Source: an uncultured Christensenella sp. (lineage in GTDB: Bacteria > Bacillota > Clostridia > Christensenellales > UBA1242). From it: a stretch of 64,000 bases of DNA. The notes beneath the pieces were generated by a model, which was given only the letters and a program-made list of their open reading frames with translations, searched no databases and was not told the origin of the DNA. Below, piece by piece: positions 57,678-64,000 of the stretch (its first letter is position 1; each line of letters starts with the position of its first letter). The stretch lies in the NCBI GenBank assembly GCA_964434265.1, contig CAYSUK010000001.1, positions 175,126-239,125 of the forward strand. The letters are read 5' to 3'. A program made the position numbers and the translations under genes.

Positions 57678-58835
57678 TCAAACCCAATTATTTAAAATAT
57701 TGTCAAGCATGTACTTAATATCTATATTTTTGCACGAATCAATCGCATACAAATTGTCTTCAAATACGACATCATCACCCTTATACACATACACTTTACC
57801 TACTGGAACATTTGTCTCAATCGGTGCAGTCACAACATTTGGAATATCATATTCGACACGATATAACGACTCTTCCGATTTTAGTATTACATCTTCAAAA
57901 CCATTTAGCGTCGCTATTCCAATCTCGTTTTTATCACCGTTCTCAATCGTTATTGTGGATACATAATTGTATGGCTTAACCCATGTATGATACACAAAAT
58001 TAATAAGTGCCATATCAGTAAGTCGCTTCGCTTCTTCAAACATCGGTTGGCAATTAAATAACACCGTTATAATTTGCATGTCATTTTCTTCGTGTGCATT
58101 TACAAGACAACGTCCAGCATTGTCAGTAAACCCCGTCTTTACACCGACACAATTTTCATCACTGAAAAGCAATTTGTTTTTATGTTTGAGATACCTTTCA
58201 CCATATACATTTGTCTTTGCAATGTTGTGGTATTTGGTACTCACAATTTCACGGAAAACATCATTGTTTAGCGCATAAGAAGTGATTACCGCAAGGTCGT
58301 AGGCACTTGTATAATGCCCATCTTGGTCTAGCCCATGCGGATTTGCAAAGTGCGTGTCACAAAGCCCAAGCGAAGTCGCAAAATCGTTCATTTTTGCCAC
58401 AAACTCATCTACCCCACATACTTCTTCGGCTATTGCAACCGCACAGTCATTTCCGCTTGCAAGAATAAGCCCATACAACAAATCTCGCATGCTTATTTCT
58501 TCGTCGTGTTTGAGATAAATACTCGTCCCTTCAATGCCCACCGCTTTGTCGCTCACTTTCACTACCTTATCAAGGTCGGGATAATTTTCAATAGCGACAA
58601 TAGCTGTCACTATTTTTGTAGTGCTAGCCATCGCCATGGATTTGTGCATATTGTGCTCGTACAACACCTTGTTTGTATTGCCTTCAAGCACAACCATTCC
58701 ACGTGCAGGTGCCATAACTTGATATCCATCATCACAATACGTCACTTCTATACACATTATTTGAAAAACCAAAAGACAAACAGCTAAAAATATTATACTA
58801 ATCCTTATTTTCTTTTTTTCCATCTTCATCTCCAC
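57678..58835 (-). CDS. dacB: D-alanyl-D-alanine carboxypeptidase (peptidase S11), sporulation-type by synteny
   Basis: Signal/TM N-terminus and motifs STTK, SGND and KTGFT. It lies downstream of scpA-scpB, like Bacillus dacB. Confidence 0.8.
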   Translation of the reverse strand: MEMKMEKKKIRISIIFLAVCLLVFQIMCIEVTYCDDGYQVMAPARGMVVLEGNTNKVLYEHNMHKSMAMASTTKIVTAIVAIENYPDLDKVVKVSDKAVGIEGTSIYLKHDEEISMRDLLYGLILASGNDCAVAIAEEVCGVDEFVAKMNDFATSLGLCDTHFANPHGLDQDGHYTSAYDLAVITSYALNNDVFREIVSTKYHNIAKTNVYGERYLKHKNKLLFSDENCVGVKTGFTDNAGRCLVNAHEENDMQIITVLFNCQPMFEEAKRLTDMALINFVYHTWVKPYNYVSTITIENGDKNEIGIATLNGFEDVILKSEESLYRVEYDIPNVVTAPIETNVPVGKVYVYKGDDVVFEDNLYAIDSCKNIDIKYMLDNILNNWV

Positions 58836-59220
58836 TCTCGACTATCTTTTTTATAAAGGCGGTCGATATCTTTCCCCATTCCTTAAATACACTCATTTTG
58901 TCTACCGCTACAAAATCAAGTTTTTCTCCCATGATTACCAAAAAGCCTATCGGAGTAATATTAAATCCACTACCACTTCCGCCAGCAAATGGGTAATTTT
59001 CCGATTTGATTTTTTTAAGGTTGCATTTTACTTCACCACCACCCGCCACAAATCCAACATTTATCTTAGATACGGGTATAATCGTTTTGTTGTTGTCGAG
59101 TTTTATTGGACTACCCACGACCGTATTTGTCTCTACGAGATTTTTCAACCTATCCATTGCACTTTTTATAATGTCATTTACTTGTTCTTCCTTACTGCTT
59201 GCTTGATTCTTTTTTTCCAT
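58798..59220 (-). CDS. ytfJ: sporulation/germination protein YtfJ (GerW family)
   Basis: Typical GerW/YtfJ core (TVVGSPIKLDNNKTIIPVSKINVGFVAGGGE). Confidence 0.8.
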   Translation of the reverse strand: MEKKNQASSKEEQVNDIIKSAMDRLKNLVETNTVVGSPIKLDNNKTIIPVSKINVGFVAGGGEVKCNLKKIKSENYPFAGGSGSGFNITPIGFLVIMGEKLDFVAVDKMSVFKEWGKISTAFIKKIVESGDEDGKKENKD

Positions 59221-59767
59221 TTAGACCAAAACTCCTTAAATATATACTTCTTATAATCGACCATATAAGGTCATAAAGATTTATTACAAATACCCCTTCA
59301 CACTTTGTCGACAATTCACTTTTTAGATAATCGACTTCTACATTGTTGTAAATACTGATATATTCGTTTTTTGCAAGTATAAGCGACGTAGCCACTCCTA
59401 GAAAAGTGTTCACAAATCCATATAGCATCGAAACATCAAATGGACTTTCACTAGACATACATACTCTTGTTTCAATTTGAAGTGGATTTATTCGCTTGAT
59501 AAATGATTTTGAAATATCTTCTACTATCTTAATCGTCTTTGTATTGATATCCAGTAGTCTTATTTGAATTACCTTTTTATTATTATGGACAAAATTGATA
59601 TAGTCACCTACGAGACTAAACTCGCCAGTATAAATTTTTAGTCCAAATAACGAAAACGATACTTTCCCTATGTTTGATTCAAAGTCATAACTCACTTTTA
59701 CACCGACCCTAATATCAATCACAAGTATCACAATAACAATAAAAAATATAAGTATAGCCAAAACCAT
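59192..59767 (-). CDS. YtfI-like protein (DUF2953-type) by position
   Basis: N-terminal TM, 191 aa, immediately upstream of and overlapping ytfJ, as ytfI is in Bacillus. Confidence 0.5.
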   Translation of the reverse strand: MVLAILIFFIVIVILVIDIRVGVKVSYDFESNIGKVSFSLFGLKIYTGEFSLVGDYINFVHNNKKVIQIRLLDINTKTIKIVEDISKSFIKRINPLQIETRVCMSSESPFDVSMLYGFVNTFLGVATSLILAKNEYISIYNNVEVDYLKSELSTKCEGVFVINLYDLIWSIIRSIYLRSFGLNGKKESSKQ

Positions 59768-59872
59768 ACTATATTTTGCTCAAATTACAAATTTTTATTT
59801 ATAAAAACAAAAAAGACCCTACCATAAGATAAGGTCTTTAATTTATAGATTGATATATAATGTTGGTTTCAC

Positions 59873-61516
59873 CTACAGACTGAGTTGCAAAGCGGGAACA
59901 GCGCCGCTGATCGGATCGTTGACACCGTTGTAGTCGCCGACACAGCCCCCACCGACGCCGGACGCACAGTAGCCGCAGTTGTAACTAGGAGACCGAAGCC
60001 ACACGTCACCACTATCTATCAACATAATATACACATCGTAGTTTTCATCGCCTGGTGAAGGTTCGGTTCCGTCAAATAATAGTTGGATTAAATACTCCTT
60101 GGTATATGTGACTGCTTTTGTCGCTTTTGCATAGTCAGAAGTGCTCCATATACGGGCGGAATCAGACACAGTACGGTCAGAATTAAAGCCGTATGATGTA
60201 TTGATAAGGTCGGCATAACTTAGTGCAAATACATAGTCGTTTGTATCTTCACAAGTGTATGGGTTTTCACCACTAGAACTTGTATATGTGGTAGATACAC
60301 TGTTGTCTACTGTTGTAAGTTGGATAAGGGCCTTTTGGTCTGATGAAAATGATTTCTCATAGAAATCACCAGTAAGGAAACTACGTAATTCACTCCATTT
60401 ATAGTTATTTGCATACACTTGTGTTCCGTTGTCAGTCAATATATTACCCGACGAATCGGTAGCATAATAGTTACTACCGCTTTGAGTGTATTGTGATTGA
60501 TATGCCATTCCTTGGAGTATGGTGTCTGATGTTATCAGTGCTGTGCCGTCAGAATTACTTAGTATTCGCCATTTGATTGGCTCGACTTTAAAGTAGTAGT
60601 CATTGCCTACGGCTAGTGATGTAGTACCATCACTCATTAGGTTTAGTTTACATGTAGACCATGTATTCCAATCCATTCCGATAGCATCTTCGTCATATGT
60701 GTATGTGATTTTAGCATAACGTTCGCCGTCACTACCTAGATAGTATCCGTCAGAATCAGGTGTCGATGATGTGATTGTGACATCAGCCGATTTGATGGTT
60801 TGTGGGAATGAGCCAAATGTAATATATTTGCCGTCTTCGGATAGTTCATATAGACTCTCTGTAGGGGCAAGTTCTTCAAAATATGGCTGAAAGTCTACAA
60901 TTGTTGTGTCTACTTCTCCATTTTCGCCATAGATTAGGCTTTGAACTACTACTCCTTTCATGGATATAGTACATTTTTGACCACTGGCTGAATTACCGAG
61001 TGAGTTTGGGAATGTGATAGGTACTGTGAATTTTATAGTAGTTCCGCTTGTGGTAGGGGTAAATACTTTTAGGTTTGCTTTGTTTGAATTTTCTGCTAGA
61101 TACAAGTCACCATTGTACACTACCATGACTGTATCTGTGGACTTTGTTCCATTGATAGTGACGTCATATGTACTGCCTGCGGTGAGTGTGAGTTTTGCAC
61201 CCGTACTACCTGCTGTAAGTGATGGGATTACTTTTAGCACTCCGCTTGTAGGGTCGCCATCTGTTCCGTTTTTCACTACGAGTGTAGTCTCTACATCGAC
61301 TGTTTGGCTAGGCACTACAGTAAGTCCGTCGCTAGTCGCTACTGACACACCATTCTCGCCATCAAACTCGATTGATGCACCGAGTTTGATTTCCGTACTG
61401 CCACTCTTACTATCGCCAAAGAATGCGACAGTAAGTCCGATAGTTGCACCGACGCATAGGACTAGTATGAGTGCCATGCAGACTAGCATTTTGTGAAACT
61501 TAAATTGACTCTTCAT
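59873..61516 (-). CDS. surface protein paralog: SipW-type signal peptide + TasA/camelysin-like N-domain + DUF6273-like C-terminal domain
   Basis: The first ~213 aa are almost identical to 37566-40328. The C-terminal part carries ITFGSFPQT..., VEPIKWRIL, WSELRSFL, VWLRSPS and ...VPALQLSL, a pattern I recall for the family labelled DUF6273. This needs HMM confirmation. Confidence 0.8.
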   Translation of the reverse strand: MKSQFKFHKMLVCMALILVLCVGATIGLTVAFFGDSKSGSTEIKLGASIEFDGENGVSVATSDGLTVVPSQTVDVETTLVVKNGTDGDPTSGVLKVIPSLTAGSTGAKLTLTAGSTYDVTINGTKSTDTVMVVYNGDLYLAENSNKANLKVFTPTTSGTTIKFTVPITFPNSLGNSASGQKCTISMKGVVVQSLIYGENGEVDTTIVDFQPYFEELAPTESLYELSEDGKYITFGSFPQTIKSADVTITSSTPDSDGYYLGSDGERYAKITYTYDEDAIGMDWNTWSTCKLNLMSDGTTSLAVGNDYYFKVEPIKWRILSNSDGTALITSDTILQGMAYQSQYTQSGSNYYATDSSGNILTDNGTQVYANNYKWSELRSFLTGDFYEKSFSSDQKALIQLTTVDNSVSTTYTSSSGENPYTCEDTNDYVFALSYADLINTSYGFNSDRTVSDSARIWSTSDYAKATKAVTYTKEYLIQLLFDGTEPSPGDENYDVYIMLIDSGDVWLRSPSYNCGYCASGVGGGCVGDYNGVNDPISGAVPALQLSL

Positions 61517-61717
61517 TTATTTTCTCCATTTTTATTCTACCCATATATGAGTGTGATTTATATATATTTATAAAGGTATATATGTGGATATATCCACATA
61601 CTTTCCCCTACAAACATATTTTACCCCCCCCCCTATGGGGTGTGTCAAATGAATTTGGCTAAGTTATAGAAAAAAGTGGTGGTTTTGGAGTGAAAACGGG
61701 AATGAGTTATGCACAAA
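60873..61717. repeat. copy B of the duplicated promoter/leader/signal-peptide/TasA-like-domain cassette
   Basis: Aligns with 39686-40540 in the same (minus) orientation, 21 kb away. Near-identical from ~60977 to 61717. Confidence 0.85.
61618..61648 (-). promoter_or_regulatory. promoter with poly-G tract in the spacer (copy B, G10)
   Basis: Minus strand: TTGACA (61643-61648)-caccccata-G10 (61624-61633)-TAAAAT (61618-61623). The spacer is 19 nt. Confidence 0.55.
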
Positions 61718-61742
61718 ATAAAAAGACGAGCTAGTCGTCTTT
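61715..61742 (-). terminator. terminator of scpB
   Basis: AAAGACGA-gctag-TCGTCTTT, followed on the minus strand by TTTTATTTT. Confidence 0.55.
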
Positions 61743-62439
61743 AAATTATTTCGTCTTCGCTATCGTTTATGTCGTCCATAACCGATTGGAGTTCGTCCAT
61801 TTTTATATCGAGATTTTCTCGCATTTTCTCTACGTCTATTTCTTGTTCGGCTTGAAGTTTTTCTTGTTCTTCAAAGTCAGTAAAATTAAAGAGTGATGAG
61901 TCTTGTGGTTCGTGTAAAACTTTTATACGTTCCAATAGTTCTTCATAGTCAGGCAAGTCATTAAGTGATGACAAGTCAAATTTCTTTAAGAAGTTGTCGG
62001 TTGTGCCAAAAAGCAAAGGTTTTCCGACTGCATCTTTTCGACCAACCACTTCGATAAGGTTGTTTTCGATAAGCATATTTATGGCATAGTCGCTATTTAC
62101 ACCCCTGACATTGTCGACTTCAAGTCTTGTAACTGGTTGTTTGTAAGCGATGATTGCACACACTTCGAGTACGGCTTTTGTAAGGGCTTTTTCCTTTATT
62201 GGATTTAGCACTTCGGATATTTTTTCGCTATATTCGGGATTACTTGAAAGTTGGGCTTTTTCATTAAATATAAGTACTTGAATACCACTACCCGATTGCT
62301 TTTTATCTTCTTGCAATTCTTTTACGGCAGACAAAACTTCGTCTTGGCTAAGTTGTAGTTTTTCAGCGATGTCATATAGTGCCACACTCTCGCCCGCTAC
62401 AAATAGTATCCCCTCAATTATCTGTTTTAAGTTCTCCAT
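61741..62439 (-). CDS. scpB: segregation and condensation protein B
   Basis: ScpB winged-helix repeats (IIEGILFVAGESV..., IAYKQPVTRLEVDNVRGVNSD). Start probably the ATG at 62439 (MENLKQ). Acidic C-terminal tail. Confidence 0.9.
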   Translation of the reverse strand: MENLKQIIEGILFVAGESVALYDIAEKLQLSQDEVLSAVKELQEDKKQSGSGIQVLIFNEKAQLSSNPEYSEKISEVLNPIKEKALTKAVLEVCAIIAYKQPVTRLEVDNVRGVNSDYAINMLIENNLIEVVGRKDAVGKPLLFGTTDNFLKKFDLSSLNDLPDYEELLERIKVLHEPQDSSLFNFTDFEEQEKLQAEQEIDVEKMRENLDIKMDELQSVMDDINDSEDEII

Positions 62440-63172
62440 CTTCTTCCTCTTCAAATTTTGTTATTTCTATGTCGGCAAAGTTGTCAGTTTGTTTTACATG
62501 TATTTCTTGCATTTTAAGTAGTTCGAGCAGTGCCATGAATGTTGTAATAACTTCGTCACGAGATATGCTTTGGCTAAATAGTTCGCTAAAATTTATCTTT
62601 TTTCTGACTAGCAAACTATCTTTGATAGATGCAATTTTTTGCACGACAGTAAATTTTTCTTTTACAATTTCTTTTTCTTCGTTTTCCGAATCGACCTTTT
62701 TCACTCTAAGCATGATGCGACTAAATGCGTCGAGCAACATGTCCATGTTCATATCTTTTATGACATAACGGAATTTGTTTGCATCAGGCTCCGGCTTTTT
62801 ATAAAAGCGGTCAAGATTTTCCATAGGCTTTAATTGATTTGCAGTTTCTTTCAAGAGCATATATTCTTTAAGTCGCATTTTGATTAGGTACTCAGGGTCT
62901 TCTTCGTCTGGATTGTCTTCTTCAATCTTAGGCAAAAGGCTCTTACTCTTTATTTCAATCAATGTCGCAGCCATTTCTATAAACTCACTTGCTCCGTCCA
63001 TGTCGACCTTATCAAGACCGTTTATAATCTCGATATATTGATTAGTTATCTCTGAAAGTTTGACTTCTTCGATGGTCATTTTGCTTTGCTTTATGAGTTG
63101 CAATAGCAAATCAAGCGGGCCTTCAAAATTTTCTAGTTTAAAACTAATGCTATCTACATATTCTTGTTCCAT
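62414..63172 (-). CDS. scpA: segregation and condensation protein A (kleisin)
   Basis: FEGPLDLLLQLIKQ N-terminal kleisin motif. scpA-scpB overlap. Confidence 0.9.
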   Translation of the reverse strand: MEQEYVDSISFKLENFEGPLDLLLQLIKQSKMTIEEVKLSEITNQYIEIINGLDKVDMDGASEFIEMAATLIEIKSKSLLPKIEEDNPDEEDPEYLIKMRLKEYMLLKETANQLKPMENLDRFYKKPEPDANKFRYVIKDMNMDMLLDAFSRIMLRVKKVDSENEEKEIVKEKFTVVQKIASIKDSLLVRKKINFSELFSQSISRDEVITTFMALLELLKMQEIHVKQTDNFADIEITKFEEEEDGELKTDN

Positions 63173-63825
63173 TAGAAAATCAACCCCCAGAATAAAATCA
63201 TCGGCTTAGCGATAGCCCCAACAATATCTGTCAAGAATCCGCTAGCAAACAACAGAAGCACAAGCATAATTATATAGCTGTATTTTAGAAGGAATGTTAT
63301 AAACTTACTTCCAGGATTTGAAAGAGCGAAAACAAATTGAAACCCGTCAAGTGGATACAAAGGAAGAAAGTTAAAAACAGCATTACCGATATTAAAGATA
63401 AACAAAATATCAAAAAACAAATACAATACAAAAATAAATGTACTTGAAAAATCACCAAATTTTATAACAGCACACATAACACCGCATGATATAAATGCGA
63501 TTATGAGATTTGCAATTACACCCGCGCACGAAACTAAAAGCATGCCCTTACGTTGATCTTTAAAATTAAGCGGATTTATTTGGACAGGCTTTGCCCAGCC
63601 GAAGAAGAATAGCACGCTACAAATAAGGCCAAGCGGGTCAAGGTGTGCAATAGGATTTAGTGTAACACGGCCCATCATTTTTGGAGTCGGGTCGCCAGAC
63701 TTATACGCAACATAAGCATGAGCAAACTCATGCACACTAAATGTAATTATTAAAATCAAAATATATAGCAAAGATGCAATTATAAATTCTTTACCAGTAT
63801 AAAATTCGTGCAGATAAAATAGCAT
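63172..63825 (-). CDS. site-2 protease family (peptidase M50) membrane protein
   Basis: HEFAHAY zinc motif within TM helices and a second motif, NFLPLYPLDG. Start trimmed to the ATG at 63825 (MLFYLHEF) after GGAG. Confidence 0.8.
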   Translation of the reverse strand: MLFYLHEFYTGKEFIIASLLYILILIITFSVHEFAHAYVAYKSGDPTPKMMGRVTLNPIAHLDPLGLICSVLFFFGWAKPVQINPLNFKDQRKGMLLVSCAGVIANLIIAFISCGVMCAVIKFGDFSSTFIFVLYLFFDILFIFNIGNAVFNFLPLYPLDGFQFVFALSNPGSKFITFLLKYSYIIMLVLLLFASGFLTDIVGAIAKPMILFWGLIF

Positions 63826-63922
63826 ATGATCTCCAATATACCATAGTATATAATAATTACTAAAAAAACACAATTAAAAAAAGCCCTTTATCAAAAGGAC
63901 TTTTTTGGAAATATATTCTAAT

Positions 63923-64000
63923 TTATGCGACAATGTTCCATTTGTCTGAGATGTGCGATATTACATCTCTATATGATTGGGTCATGACACTCTCATTTGC
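63923..64000 (-). CDS. 3' end of an unidentified minus-strand gene running off the window
   Basis: Open frame from the window edge to TAA at 63923-63925 (...ANESVMTQSYRDVISHISDKWNIVA*). Too short to identify. Confidence 0.25.
   Translation of the reverse strand, partial: ANESVMTQSYRDVISHISDKWNIVA

Overview
AT-rich (about one-third G+C by eye) chromosomal segment of an endospore-forming low-GC Firmicute. The gene order looks Clostridia-like. The backbone is housekeeping and sporulation genes: relA(3' end)-hemZ-rpsO-pnp-ylxY-ftsK-rimO-pgsA-cinA-recA, a class A PBP, miaB-mutS-mutL-miaA, lexA, an ABC transporter, rnhA, tRNA-Trp, rny-thiI-nifS-yunB-spoVAE/D/C, sigF-spoIIAB-spoIIAA, a six-tRNA cluster, dagK, fhs-plsC-cmk-rluB-dacB-ytfJ-ytfI, and scpB-scpA with an M50 protease. 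Three accessory insertions stand out. (1) At 22.5-30.7 kb, next to lexA, lie a Xer-like tyrosine recombinase, an orphan ORF and a compact ~5.2 kb inovirus-like (filamentous phage) prophage at 24671-29901. The prophage has a Rep_trans initiator, a Zot/pI-like ATPase, pVIII-like and pIII-like coat candidates and several small membrane proteins. It is bounded by hairpin-forming imperfect direct repeats. (2) and (3) Two paralogous surface-protein genes (37566-40328 and 59873-61516) share a near-identical cassette of ~0.75-0.85 kb. The cassette holds a promoter, a leader, a SipW-type signal peptide and a TasA-like domain, and is fused to unrelated C-terminal domains (BspA-type LRR versus a DUF6273-like domain). 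In both copies a poly-G tract (G11 vs G10) sits inside the spacer between a perfect TTGACA -35 and a TAAAAT -10. This is a strong candidate for slipped-strand phase variation. No CRISPR array, rRNA or obvious transposase was seen. All calls rest on motif recognition by eye and on the supplied ORF track; no database search was possible.
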